Virus record (IMG/VR): IMGVR_UViG_649633079_000003
Strand: one strand, 5' to 3'
Length of the DNA: 64,000 nucleotides
Source: an uncultured virus (IMG/VR IMGVR_UViG_649633079_000003)
Taxonomy: Duplodnaviria > Heunggongvirae > Uroviricota > Caudoviricetes
In this document: positions 50,858-61,453 of the stretch, piece after piece
Numbering within the stretch: the stretch's first letter is position 1
How the letters are laid out: the number at the start of each line of letters is the position of its first letter
Program-made: the position numbers and the translations under genes
The notes under the pieces: model-generated
What the model was told of the DNA's origin: nothing
Database searches by the model: none
The model's input: the letters and a program-made list of their open reading frames with translations, nothing else

Positions 50858-51631
50858 ATGAAAAAAATCAAAGTTTTTTTACCTGCTCTACTAATGCTTC
50901 TCTTCTTTACCTCTTTTTTTGGTATAACGTCTGTAAGTGCTTCTGAGGCTAACCCTTCTGTAAGTGCTTCTGAGGCTAACCCTTCTGTAAGTGCTTCTGA
51001 GGCTAACCCTTCTGTAAGTGCTTCCGAGGCTAATCCTTCTGTAAGTGCTTCCGAGGCTAATCCTTCTGTAAGTGCTTCTGAGGCCACGTATGACTTTTCT
51101 CCATCAGCGTTAGAGCCAGATTCAACCTACCCAGGAACCAATATCAGAGTTAAGGTAGGAGATGTACTTTATTCATCAAAAGCTTTAGGCGGAAGCGCAA
51201 TGATTGTTGGACATGTTGGTATCATTGGACCTGATTATATGGTTTATCATGTAAATGCAGTTAATGATAATCAAGGAGAAGGCGGAAAAAGGGATACCAT
51301 TTCTTATTACCAAATGAGGCATAATCCTAATGAATCAATCGCTGTCTATAGAGCGACTCACGGTCGTAACGCAGCTTATTGGGCAAAAAACAATTACTCT
51401 TCGGTAACAAGTTACCATATACCTGTTTATTCTTGGGATAACTTTCAACTTAAAACTATAAACCCTAATTACTGCTCTAAATTTATTTGGCAAGCATTCT
51501 ATTATGGAAACTATGACACAGACTATATTATAGGTTACTATACTCCAAATAAAGAGGCTTTTGTAACTCCAGGGCAAGTCGTTAACAGCGATGATCTTAC
51601 ATATGTGGGTTCATTCGGAAGTCGTAGCTAA
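50858..51631 (+). CDS. Secreted permuted papain-like NlpC/P60 (YycO-like) protein
   Basis: Signal peptide; GDVL, GHVGI, YCSKFIWQAF (His precedes Cys). Confidence 0.7.
   Translation: MKKIKVFLPALLMLLFFTSFFGITSVSASEANPSVSASEANPSVSASEANPSVSASEANPSVSASEANPSVSASEATYDFSPSALEPDSTYPGTNIRVKVGDVLYSSKALGGSAMIVGHVGIIGPDYMVYHVNAVNDNQGEGGKRDTISYYQMRHNPNESIAVYRATHGRNAAYWAKNNYSSVTSYHIPVYSWDNFQLKTINPNYCSKFIWQAFYYGNYDTDYIIGYYTPNKEAFVTPGQVVNSDDLTYVGSFGSRS
50930..51084 (+). repeat. 27-bp tandem repeat, 5.7 copies (SVSASEANP)
   Basis: tctgtaagtgcttctgaggctaaccct units. Confidence 0.95.
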
Positions 51632-51999
51632 AACATAAATATACATTTTTAAAAGGAAAAAACGTATTTAGTCGAGTAAACTAAATACGTTTTTTTGTTT
51701 ACACAGATATCCGATCAGTTGAGTAATGAAAGTATCTATAATGACTACCGCTGGGATGCCTATCAACCTGGACAATATATCATAAGAAACGTAATTGGGT
51801 GGTGAAAAGCTGGAGATAAAGTAAGTCATCAACCCTGCTGTCGAGATGCCGATCTTGCCATCCTCTCCATGATGATGGTGCTGCTGCTGTTTGGTTCAAA
51901 GTGAACCGAATCGGTCCGTTGAAACAAATATCCCCCATTTAGCTTACAATTGAAGTGCGGGGAATGTTTAAACTATTATTTCATAAGATAAAAGAAGTA

Positions 52000-52402
52000 T
52001 TGAGCACTCCCACCACTTAGCGTTCCCTGGAGTGAGGGATTCTTGGGTAATCCAACCTCTTGCTTTGAAGTATACTAAGCGATCCCTATGGTCCCCACAG
52101 TTTTTAGAAGATATTACGATCTATATAGCAACATCCTTAGCGTTTCGGGCTGTATTTACATCCCGGATGGGCACACCCATTGCCGTACCTACAGATTTTT
52201 AACTTCATGGTGTAATGCTCCGCATACATGTCAGGTTTGACTTGTCGAAGCAAACGTATCCGCCATCTTGAGAGTGCGCCTGTATCATTCCGCTTTATAA
52301 AAGTGAGTTGTCTGCTGAATTCTCTCTATGACGCATCGGCGATCGATTTCGCCAGCTTATGCTTTTTAGCATGTTAGGAGTCTTCTCGCCTTCAACGATA
52401 AA
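52000..52402 (-). mobile_element. tnpB: Internally deleted IS200/IS605 element: tnpB 3' remnant with both ends
   Basis: Minus strand reads HKLAKSIADAS*REF, EVKNL*VRQWVCP, RDVNTARN; right-end hairpin ends in TCAA; TTTAT next to the left end. Confidence 0.8.
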
Positions 52403-52435
52403 TAAAGGAGTTGAGAATAAAAGGAGGTTTGAATC

Positions 52436-52672
52436 ATGATTAAGAACACAGAAATACCTATTCAAAACGAGCGAGTGGAACTTGGAATTCGCTATATCGG
52501 TTATACCCTGGGAAGGGATGTTTATAAAGATAGGGATATGTTGTTGCTTAGGAAAGGTCTTACACTAACAGAGTCTTATATTGACAGGTTGAAGAGAAAC
52601 GGGGTTATTCATATTTACGTTTATCCAGGAAAAGCGGAAAATTCAGAAGCGTCTATTCATAAGCACGAATAA
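52436..52672 (+). CDS. Small protein resembling the N-terminal domain of HD-GYP proteins
   Basis: G.TLGRDVY...LL.KG..LT..YI.RL...G...IYV. Confidence 0.6.
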   Translation: MIKNTEIPIQNERVELGIRYIGYTLGRDVYKDRDMLLLRKGLTLTESYIDRLKRNGVIHIYVYPGKAENSEASIHKHE

Positions 52673-52961
52673 ACATGTTCGGAACGCGCAGCAGACACAT
52701 CTGTTTACCACATACAAGCCTTGCGTTTATATCACAGAATCAACGACATCATGCTTCCTTGTTATCTTGGGGATGCATGGTGTTTTTGTAATCTACACTG
52801 TAATACGGTTAAGTCTATAAACGTTTTAAAATTAACATTTTTCAAATACAGTCTATCGAATTGTATTCGAACAAGGTTGTACATAAGACGCATTGTTGTG
52901 GTACATATTCTTATTTAAGATATGGGTATAAATGAAAACATAAAGGGAGATGTGACTTGAT

Positions 52962-53525
52962 TTGCTAAAAGGAAATGCTTTTATAAAGGGACATATGAAC
53001 TCTACATTAAAACTGCTGGAGGGAATTCGCCAATTCGATATGATCTTGCTTTCTTCAGCTACGTTATTGGAAGATAGCAGGTTTGTCATGAATAAATTTT
53101 TGGAGCTCATTTCGAAAGATGGGAAGGTTGGAATTAAAATGGTACCACCAGTAGATAGCCTTACACTGAAAAATCTACTGATGGAATGTGGCATGGAGGT
53201 TGTACAACATGTAAAAGTTGAGCAGCAACCATATATCTTTTTTAAAAAGAGATCCACTCTTAGTAAAGAAGGAACAGATATAAAAACATGGTTCGATTAT
53301 CTTCAGAAATCATCGTCAGTTCTATGTATGGGTGAAGACATTTTACTAAGCACGAAAACACTCTTTTCTTTAAATCATAAAGACCAGGGTAATCGTTCTT
53401 TTGTTGTTATTAGTGATGAAGATGATTCGTCAATTTATGAAAAAGTAAAAAAATACTCCATAATCTACGAGACCCCATTAGAACAAATTATATTGGAATC
53501 GACTGATTCAAATGCAGCCGCATAA
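52962..53525 (+). CDS. Hypothetical protein
   Basis: 187-aa ORF. Confidence 0.6.
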   Translation: MLKGNAFIKGHMNSTLKLLEGIRQFDMILLSSATLLEDSRFVMNKFLELISKDGKVGIKMVPPVDSLTLKNLLMECGMEVVQHVKVEQQPYIFFKKRSTLSKEGTDIKTWFDYLQKSSSVLCMGEDILLSTKTLFSLNHKDQGNRSFVVISDEDDSSIYEKVKKYSIIYETPLEQIILESTDSNAAA

Positions 53526-53558
53526 AAACTTGTTTAGACATTCTCATCAACCTAAGCA

Positions 53559-53651
53559 TTACATGAAGATCTTAATAACATGGGCGAGAATAAGACCGGC
53601 AGCCAGATAAAGCATGTCTACAGCAATTTCTTTCTTCATACGTTTCAACAT
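53559..53651 (-). CDS. 30-aa single-TM peptide
   Basis: RBS aaaggagtga; MLKRMKKEIAVDMLYLAAGLILAHVIKIFM. Confidence 0.55.
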   Translation of the reverse strand: MLKRMKKEIAVDMLYLAAGLILAHVIKIFM

Positions 53652-54057
53652 ATCGTATCACTCCTTTCTCTTTTCAACATCTGGTAGTTGATTCAATGTC
53701 GGTATCCATATCTTGTACCGATAATTGAATCATACTACTGCATATAGGATATGTCAAATATAATTTACGGAAACATTAAAAAGTTTAAAATATTACAGTT
53801 GTAAATTTATCCTTAGCGGGATTTAAATAGATTAACATAAAAAAATAATAGAAAAAAAATGAGAAGAAGTATGAGGGAATAAACACCGATAAGTCATATT
53901 TGATACTTATTGGAAGCACTCCTGGGTAAAGCATACCGACAAAGATTAGAGAGTTTATATTTTGAGGCGTTTTGTTTCTAAGCTTTGTGTTTTGAGCCTA
54001 TGGGATACTTAATAGTATCATTGGTAAAAAAAATATATAAATATCGAGGTGAATAGT

Positions 54058-54678
54058 ATGGCAAAGATCGGCTTTTTTGGTGCTTCTTTTGATCCGATAA
54101 CAAATTCACACTTATGGACGGCTACAAAAATAGCTGAAGAATATAATTTGAGCCAAGTCATTATGGGACCAGGTTCAAATAAGCGCCCCGATAAACAAAT
54201 GAACATTAGTGATGCTCATCGCTGGAACTTGCTCCAGTTAGCGATTTCGAATGATTCTCTTTTTGTAGCAGACGATTTCGAAATGAAACAAGATGCTTCA
54301 GCTATCTATACTTACTTCACGATGGAACATTACAAGCAATTGTATCCGTTGGATCAGGTCTATTTCATAATGGGTGCAGATTTGCTTGTTGATATTGCAA
54401 AAGGTGAGTGGCTGTATGGGAAAGAGCTGGTCGAGAATAATCTTTTTCTTGTCATGTCTCGGGATGGGATAAATATGAAGGAGGTGATCTCTTCTTCGGC
54501 TTTTTTGCAACCTTATTCGGAGCATTTTCATCTGATCGAAAAAGGAATGAATATGGAGATTAGTTCCTCGTATATTCGTGGCGAGTTGAGGAAGCATCCG
54601 AATGCTCGACATCTGAAACATTTAATGCCTTGTCCATGTTACGATTACATTATGGAGCATGGGCTCTATCAATTTTAA
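54058..54678 (+). CDS. nadD: Nicotinate/nicotinamide-nucleotide adenylyltransferase
   Basis: GASFDPITNSH, FIMGAD, ISSSYIR. Confidence 0.88.
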   Translation: MAKIGFFGASFDPITNSHLWTATKIAEEYNLSQVIMGPGSNKRPDKQMNISDAHRWNLLQLAISNDSLFVADDFEMKQDASAIYTYFTMEHYKQLYPLDQVYFIMGADLLVDIAKGEWLYGKELVENNLFLVMSRDGINMKEVISSSAFLQPYSEHFHLIEKGMNMEISSSYIRGELRKHPNARHLKHLMPCPCYDYIMEHGLYQF

Positions 54679-54812
54679 AATAGTGAATCAAATTACGTGC
54701 TGAGCGTGCGATAGATACATGCAACTCGCGCACAGTAACCGGGTTTGAGAAAAACGTGTTGGAAGACATTCCTCACGATGATACAATCATCAAAAAAAGG
54801 AGAGTGTCTCAA

Positions 54813-55061
54813 ATGGATTTACACTTTAAAGGTGTAAATGATCGTACTGGTCGTGTAGAATGGATTGAACGAGATCTTGCTCGTTCAACAAGTCCAGAAG
54901 GCTTGATCATGGAAGAGTGGCAAGTTTGTGTTGGTCGTGATCTAACCAAAGATGAACTTAGTACGATCGCTTGGTTGGCTGGACTTGAACAAAGCACGAT
55001 TGACAATGTCATGAGTCTTATTAAATCAGCCAATATTCACGGGTCACATAACCGTTCATAG
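54813..55061 (+). CDS. Hypothetical protein
   Basis: RBS aaggag. Confidence 0.6.
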   Translation: MDLHFKGVNDRTGRVEWIERDLARSTSPEGLIMEEWQVCVGRDLTKDELSTIAWLAGLEQSTIDNVMSLIKSANIHGSHNRS

Positions 55062-55191
55062 ACAATGTTGATGTACTTTACCTTCTTTACTTGATGTACA
55101 TGAAAAAGAAGAATACCCTTTGTACGCTGGTTAACCAAGTCGATCTTCTGTTAAAATAATATAAAATAGACCAGATACAAGGAGTTAAGCA

Positions 55192-56052
55192 ATGATAGTT
55201 CATATACAAAACAACGGGATACTCGATATCGAGGATTACCGAGCAGAGTCAGGTCAATATGGTATCACCGATTATTTGAAGGATTCCCATGTGAAAGTGT
55301 TGGAATCCTTTAAACCTGAAGAGATGATTTTAAACTCAGAGATCAAAGACACAATTACCTTATATCATGGAACAACTACGGCATATCTGAATCAGATTTT
55401 GAAGCATGGATTATTGCCTCGAAAAGAGACCGATAACGATAACTATGAAAAAATCAGCAGCTCCGCTTCCAATACAGTTTACCTTACAAATAAATGGCAT
55501 TATGTGTATGCATACAAAGCGACAGATGTGTACATTCAAAAAAAGGCTAAACAAGAAGGGCGAGAGGTTTTTCCTTGGTGGATGAGTTGGGAAACGATAC
55601 CTTGTTATATTGAGTGCGAAGTTCCCAAAGCATTGCTTGTACCAGATGAAGACTTTTTTCATTCGAAATATATTAGCCAAAAAATTAAGTCCGCATTGAA
55701 AAAAGGAATCGACTATATTGAAATGACCTGGGAAGAATCACTTGCTCACTATGCAACCGTAGGTGTTGTTGGTGGTATTCCGGCGAAATACATCAAATCA
55801 TTTAGCATATTAGGTGAGTTAGAACTTCAAAAAGAGCTGATGTACGACAAGAGTGCCTATCAAAAAGATTTGAAAAAATGGGCAACTGGAAAAGGGAAGG
55901 GCGATTTAAAATTACTGGATTTGATATTGAGAGAGGATCGTTCGACAATGAACGGTGCTTGGTTTATGAATCAACTTCCGAAGAACAAGGAAATTAAACA
56001 AATTGGAAAAAATCCATCAAGCAATACCATCGCTATCGTTTTTGAGCGTTAA
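55192..56052 (+). CDS. Putative ADP-ribosyltransferase-fold protein
   Basis: LYHGT...I...GL...VYLT signature. Confidence 0.55.
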   Translation: MIVHIQNNGILDIEDYRAESGQYGITDYLKDSHVKVLESFKPEEMILNSEIKDTITLYHGTTTAYLNQILKHGLLPRKETDNDNYEKISSSASNTVYLTNKWHYVYAYKATDVYIQKKAKQEGREVFPWWMSWETIPCYIECEVPKALLVPDEDFFHSKYISQKIKSALKKGIDYIEMTWEESLAHYATVGVVGGIPAKYIKSFSILGELELQKELMYDKSAYQKDLKKWATGKGKGDLKLLDLILREDRSTMNGAWFMNQLPKNKEIKQIGKNPSSNTIAIVFER

Positions 56053-56079
56053 TTGGATTGTTGAAAGAATGAGATATTC

Positions 56080-56358
56080 GTGAAAGAGTTTGAGAAGTTT
56101 TGGGTTGATGCAAAAAATGAAGAAATTCATGCGAAACCGGATCAGAAACTAAACATCCATACACACGGTAGTAATTTGAATTATATCAATAAGCTTTATG
56201 GACCATTAACAGCCTGTGAGGTTAGGGTTACTATGGATGAAGAGAGAAGTGTTTGGCGAGTAGAAAGGGCGGTATACAAACAAGATCCTGATGACTCCCC
56301 TTATGTAGAATGGGAAACCATGATAGAATTTGATGCACAGGAATCTCTCGGTGATTAG
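56080..56358 (+). CDS. Hypothetical protein
   Basis: ORF followed by a terminator. Confidence 0.6.
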   Translation: MKEFEKFWVDAKNEEIHAKPDQKLNIHTHGSNLNYINKLYGPLTACEVRVTMDEERSVWRVERAVYKQDPDDSPYVEWETMIEFDAQESLGD

Positions 56359-56720
56359 TGCTGAAATATAGGTCGAGGTAAAGAGGAGGCTTTCGCCTCC
56401 TCTTTTATTGTTTGCAAAGCTTTTGTATAGGATATCAAGTGTGAATGAAAAAGGAAAATTTAATGACATGAACGATGAAAGGAGTGAATTTTTAATGGGG
56501 TTAATTATTAACTTTCATCATTATTATGATCATTATTTTGATTTACATGGTGAAGTCTTCAGACGAATGACGCATACAGGCATAACAAGTCATCGCGGGG
56601 AACATAAACTTTTGCTGCCATATAAAGCAGCGTTGGCTGAGTATCCCGTCAACAGAATTCATGATGTGTACAGTGTTTTTTACATATAGTAAAATATAAT
56701 TTACAAAAAGGAGATGTATT

Positions 56721-57371
56721 ATGACTAAAATCACAAGAATCGAACCTCAAAAACGAAATCAATCCCGTTACTCTCTTTATATTAATGATGCCTTTGCATT
56801 TGGAATATCGGAAGATGTTTATATACGCCATCGGAAATCTTTAGAAGTTGGCAGCGAAATCAGACAGTCGTTTATAGACGAAGTAATAACGGCAGAGGAA
56901 ATACAAAAGACAATGGACAGTGCACTCCATCTTTTATCTTTCCGCAACCGTAGTGAGAAAGAACTTCGAAATCGGTTGCAACAAAAGGGTTATGAAGAAA
57001 ACTGGATAGATACTACTTTAGAAAAGCTCAAGAGTTATCACTATATTAATGATGAAAGCTTTGCTCGTACATTAGCAAAGGATCGTCAAAATATGAAGAA
57101 ACTTGGTCAGCGAGCGTTGAAAGCTGAGCTTAAACAAAAAGGAATTCATTCCGACATTATAACGGAAGTTGTAGATGAACTTTGTACAGAGGAGAAGGAA
57201 CTGGAGCAAGCGATGATGCTATGTGAAAAAAGATATCGCTCACTTGAAGGGAAAGATATAGCTCCAAAAATAAATCAGAAATTAACGCAATTTTTAATTC
57301 GAAAAGGTTATTCTTATGATGTTGCTGGAAAAGCAATTAGGAATGTTATTGCCAATAATAATGCTGAATAA
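56721..57371 (+). CDS. recX: RecX regulatory protein
   Basis: ITRIEPQKR, LSFRNRSEKELR.RL, YINDE.FA, L.QKGI, L.RKGYSY. Confidence 0.9.
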   Translation: MTKITRIEPQKRNQSRYSLYINDAFAFGISEDVYIRHRKSLEVGSEIRQSFIDEVITAEEIQKTMDSALHLLSFRNRSEKELRNRLQQKGYEENWIDTTLEKLKSYHYINDESFARTLAKDRQNMKKLGQRALKAELKQKGIHSDIITEVVDELCTEEKELEQAMMLCEKRYRSLEGKDIAPKINQKLTQFLIRKGYSYDVAGKAIRNVIANNNAE

Positions 57372-57524
57372 ATCCTAAAATATTTCCTACTATATAGAGA
57401 CTTTAAAAATTTGGAGTTGAGTCATAACAACAAATAAAGGAGGAGCAAGAAGTTTGGTATTACATCAAACACGGAATTGCTGCTAATTCAAAAAAGGCAG
57501 CTACTAAAAAGGAGAGAAATGTGA

Positions 57525-58220
57525 ATGATGAATAAATTGGCGGAAGCGGCTCAAAAAGCGGTTGAGGTTATGGAAGCGTCAGGAGAGACATTTTTTAATG
57601 ATCTAAAGAAACGTGAAAAGCAAGAAATATTTGATAGTTTTATAGCAAGCACTGGATCGGAAGTGTGGAAAACGGACGGTGATAACTTCGATATTTGGGC
57701 AATTTATTTGTCGGAAGACGAAAGAACGGAGATCAAGTTCGGTGGCTACGGGGATGAAAGCCATATGTCGGATGTTCGGGCTTCACTTGAAGATATTCAA
57801 TTTGTATTTAATTTTGAAAGTTTCGAGGGAAATGATTTAGAAGGTTTTAAACAATTGGCATTTGATTTTCAAGCACGACCCTTGCAGGTTGTGAATCTCA
57901 CGCCGTATGAAGTCAAAATCGTGGATGATGGTGGTGCTGTGATCAAGGCATATCCTGCAACTGGGAAAATGGTGAGAGTTAATACAAACGATATCCAGCT
58001 ACCAAGTGTAGACGAAGTGCCAGTAGTACGAGTAGAGTACACGGACGTAGATGGATTACCAGAATCTCGTCCAAACACCATTTATCTCGTATCTGTATTG
58101 GTAGCCCAAGCTCTTGGAGGGAGTAGACGCGATGTTTATACCCCAGACACAGGACCTGAAAGTGTTTTTCGAGATGCTGGAGGGCAGATAGTTGGCGTGC
58201 GTCGGTTAATGCAAATATAA
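57525..58220 (+). CDS. Hypothetical protein with a phage-like C-terminal domain
   Basis: VNLTPY...YLVS.LVA...R.DV..PDT. Confidence 0.7.
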   Translation: MMNKLAEAAQKAVEVMEASGETFFNDLKKREKQEIFDSFIASTGSEVWKTDGDNFDIWAIYLSEDERTEIKFGGYGDESHMSDVRASLEDIQFVFNFESFEGNDLEGFKQLAFDFQARPLQVVNLTPYEVKIVDDGGAVIKAYPATGKMVRVNTNDIQLPSVDEVPVVRVEYTDVDGLPESRPNTIYLVSVLVAQALGGSRRDVYTPDTGPESVFRDAGGQIVGVRRLMQI

Positions 58221-58315
58221 TTCATTTTGCAATAGTAAGGCGGGGATACCTTAGATGTGTATCCCTGCTTCTAATGAAAAGTGTGAAAATTGTAATATAT
58301 GAAAGGGTGTCTACC

Positions 58316-58528
58316 ATGAAATTTAAATATATCAATGATACGAATCGAGTCGTCTCAATTCATCCTGCAACTTTTACCCATGGTTGTATTGCGGATAAAG
58401 AGAAGATTCTACCAAAGGATATGTGTGTATTTAACCTTCCCGAAGGTACATACCCATGGGTAAAAATGTGGGACTATGGAGAACGTGGATTAAGCATCTT
58501 GGTTTCACCAATGAAGGATGAGGAGTGA
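58316..58528 (+). CDS. Hypothetical protein
   Basis: RBS aagggtg. Confidence 0.6.
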   Translation: MKFKYINDTNRVVSIHPATFTHGCIADKEKILPKDMCVFNLPEGTYPWVKMWDYGERGLSILVSPMKDEE

Positions 58529-58534
58529 ACTCGT

Positions 58535-58696
58535 GTGGGTGAAATCGCTGAAATGATTATAGAAGGAATTCTTTGTGAAACTTGCGGATCTTATATAGAG
58601 GAAGGGGAACCTCAGGGCTTTCCTCGAACATGTAAAGATTGTGATCAAGAAGGAGAGAAAAGGGGAAGAGCTGAAAATGGACATCGGAAAAATTAA
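58535..58696 (+). CDS. Small Zn-finger protein
   Basis: MGEIAEMIIEGILCETCG...GFPRTCKDC. Confidence 0.6.
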   Translation: MGEIAEMIIEGILCETCGSYIEEGEPQGFPRTCKDCDQEGEKRGRAENGHRKN

Positions 58697-58964
58697 TCTT
58701 AATGGTATTAACTATCTAAAGGAATCAGATGTAGACAAGTTCTACACACGAAAAGACCATGTGGTAATAGATGAAATGGTGCTTGAAAAAACCTTATTAA
58801 AGCTCGAACCATCTGAACTCGTTCGTATATTGACTTCCGTTGCAGAAGATAAATTGAGGGAAGTTAACTATGCTGAGCTATCAGAAATGATGAAGCCCGA
58901 GAACAAAGAAGAGTATGCAATTAATATGCTCCTCATGATCTCAAACGTAGGACAGATGATTTAA
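58677..58964 (+). CDS. Hypothetical protein
   Basis: ORF. Confidence 0.55.
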   Translation: MDIGKINLNGINYLKESDVDKFYTRKDHVVIDEMVLEKTLLKLEPSELVRILTSVAEDKLREVNYAELSEMMKPENKEEYAINMLLMISNVGQMI

Positions 58965-59123
58965 TGCAGCTTGAACCAAGAGTTTCTCTATAAAGGGAGG
59001 CTCTTTTTTTGTTGGTTGGGCATTTTCACAGTTGTCGTTATAAAATAAACTTCTTTTTCTACTATACAAGGAGCTTAAAAATTGGAGATGCTTTGCATCT
59101 GAATCGAGGAGGTTATTATTATT

Positions 59124-59624
59124 ATGAAAAAGTATCAAGCTGTAGGTATGATGGTTGAGTTAGATGGTGGACTTACAAAGAACCAAGTGGTTTCTCTTCT
59201 GGGGAAGCTCGAAGATGGTGAGCTGCTCATTCCTTTTGGAACATCTGCGAACAATAGTACCATTTATGGATTTTTAACTGTACCGAGTGTCGATGAGCAT
59301 CTGGACGCCGTTGAGAAAACAGCAAGACAGCTTTGTGAGGATTTTGATAATGAACGTACGGATCAAACGTATACAACTGAAACGGGTATCCAGATGTTTA
59401 TTGATTGTGAACTTGAGACCTCAAGAGATGAAAGTGCTTTTCGTGTTTTTTCATCAGCAGGAAAGTTTATTGATGTGGAAACAAATGAGGGAACTTATCA
59501 GCATGTGGTCATTTGTCCAAAACCATATTCGCCATGGATTCATTTGCTGAAATTTTCGAATGGCGTTGTGGTGGAAGTTAAAACAGGGGATATTCTCGAA
59601 ACAGATGGTAATCTATCGTTATGA
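59124..59624 (+). CDS. Hypothetical protein
   Basis: RBS gaggagg. Confidence 0.65.
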   Translation: MKKYQAVGMMVELDGGLTKNQVVSLLGKLEDGELLIPFGTSANNSTIYGFLTVPSVDEHLDAVEKTARQLCEDFDNERTDQTYTTETGIQMFIDCELETSRDESAFRVFSSAGKFIDVETNEGTYQHVVICPKPYSPWIHLLKFSNGVVVEVKTGDILETDGNLSL

Positions 59625-59737
59625 TATCCGTAATGGCGATAGGTATATCGGTAAGGGTTAATATGGTAGAATGAGGGAATATGTTACTGGCTCCTACTTT
59701 ATTTCGTGTGTCAATTATATTGCAGGAGGAAGATGAA

Positions 59738-60082
59738 ATGGAATTTAATTTAGATGAATATCAACGGGGTAACGGGAAACGTTATGTTTGTAATGATTAC
59801 AAAGGTTTTAAGATTATAGTTGTAGTTGCATCGCAAGCAAATCTGCAAAAAGGTTTAGGAGGCGGGTCAATTAAGTCTTTAATTATGCATCCATTATCGG
59901 GTAAGTTTATTTCCTACGATTATTCGAACGGCAATTGGCAGAATGGATACATACCTCCTGAAGAGATTCGGAGTATAGTAGAAGATATTGTGAGATACTT
60001 CGATTCGGAAATCACAATGGATTGGAATCATGAAGCTAAAAAGATAAAAACATTACCAAGAGGAACCAAACACATCAGTTGA
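59738..60082 (+). CDS. Hypothetical protein
   Basis: RBS aggagg. Confidence 0.6.
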   Translation: MEFNLDEYQRGNGKRYVCNDYKGFKIIVVVASQANLQKGLGGGSIKSLIMHPLSGKFISYDYSNGNWQNGYIPPEEIRSIVEDIVRYFDSEITMDWNHEAKKIKTLPRGTKHIS

Positions 60083-60232
60083 GTGCTAACCATTCATAGA
60101 AAAAGTGTATATGGACGATAAAGGGAGGATAGATATTCCTCCTTTTTTTATTTGTATATATTCATGCATATGATATGAAAGTTAAAAATAAAAAGGTGTT
60201 ATATGGTAATTTTTGTATGAGGAGAGATACGG

Positions 60233-60562
60233 ATGAAAGAGAAAGAAGCGATTTCATTATTGTTAGAAGGAAAGTTGAAGCGTGTTGGTGTGAAACGAGC
60301 TGTCTTTGCTGACATACCTGGCGAAGAACCCATCGAGTGGGTTTGGTTTGATTTGGTGGATCAAGATCATAATGCTCGGCTGGAGAATGGTAGCCTGTAT
60401 ATGGATATTTGGTATTGTGCATTGCCCAATCTGCCGGAAGACTCTTTTGTGGATAAAAGGGAAATACAGACGCCAAAAGGTTTGGTTACACTTTTTAAGT
60501 TTCGTATGATGGTTGAACTTGATTATATTAGCTTAGATGGAAAACGAATTTGGTTAAATTGA
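60233..60562 (+). CDS. Hypothetical protein
   Basis: RBS gaggag. Confidence 0.65.
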   Translation: MKEKEAISLLLEGKLKRVGVKRAVFADIPGEEPIEWVWFDLVDQDHNARLENGSLYMDIWYCALPNLPEDSFVDKREIQTPKGLVTLFKFRMMVELDYISLDGKRIWLN

Positions 60563-60620
60563 ATTAAAAGAATCTGTAAACACTCTTGAATTCATAACCT
60601 TACAGGGGAGCCGAAGAACC

Positions 60621-61283
60621 ATGAAGAATAAAAGTGTTCATATTACGTACCAAGTTGTTCGCGAAATATTCACCAGTGAAATAGAAAAGGATATTGTCGC
60701 TTTTCAAGACGTTACCCAAATCGAAGGAAAAGAGGATTTGGTTTCAGAAGGGATTAGTACACTGGAGAAAATAGCTTCCGTCAACAACGATAAGGTTGTT
60801 CCTATAATGGAAAAACTCTGTTTGTTTAAAAAAGGAGTTGTGGAGGCGCACAAAGAAGAAAACATCTTTGTGGATTCTACTCGGTATAATCAATTTTATA
60901 TCCCGAAGCCGTTTAGCTATATTCAGGAGTTTGGTATGGAAGGAGCTGTACTATTGAAAAGTGAGGGTTACTCTCACAATCTTTATACGCTTGACGGAGA
61001 TCGTTTAATGCATCCCATACACTTTGATGATATTTATGAAGAATATTATGATTTGTATGCGATTATCGCTGCTTTAAACAAAAGAGATGATATACGTTGG
61101 AAAAAGTCCAAATGGAACAATTCGTATTTTGTATCTACATTAGGAGGTAAACGATTAGAGTTTCGCTATTTACCAACGAATGGTATATGGGACGAAATTA
61201 AATACATCAAGAATTCTTTCGATGTTCGAGATTATCTAAAAAAAGAAGTGCTGGGCATTTCTAAATTTGCTAAAGATATTTAA
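60621..61283 (+). CDS. Hypothetical protein
   Basis: 220-aa ORF. Confidence 0.65.
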   Translation: MKNKSVHITYQVVREIFTSEIEKDIVAFQDVTQIEGKEDLVSEGISTLEKIASVNNDKVVPIMEKLCLFKKGVVEAHKEENIFVDSTRYNQFYIPKPFSYIQEFGMEGAVLLKSEGYSHNLYTLDGDRLMHPIHFDDIYEEYYDLYAIIAALNKRDDIRWKKSKWNNSYFVSTLGGKRLEFRYLPTNGIWDEIKYIKNSFDVRDYLKKEVLGISKFAKDI

Positions 61284-61453
61284 AGGGTTCTTATTGATTC
61301 TTTTCATTTGTAATGGATGTAGACAAATGAAGTAAATATTCTGCTTGTTGTGTGTTTCTGATCCTCATATATACTATTATATGTGAGGATTTTGTCACTA
61401 TGGAAGATAGTCTCGTTGAAGTTATCTCATGAATTAAATGGGGTGTCTAAAGC

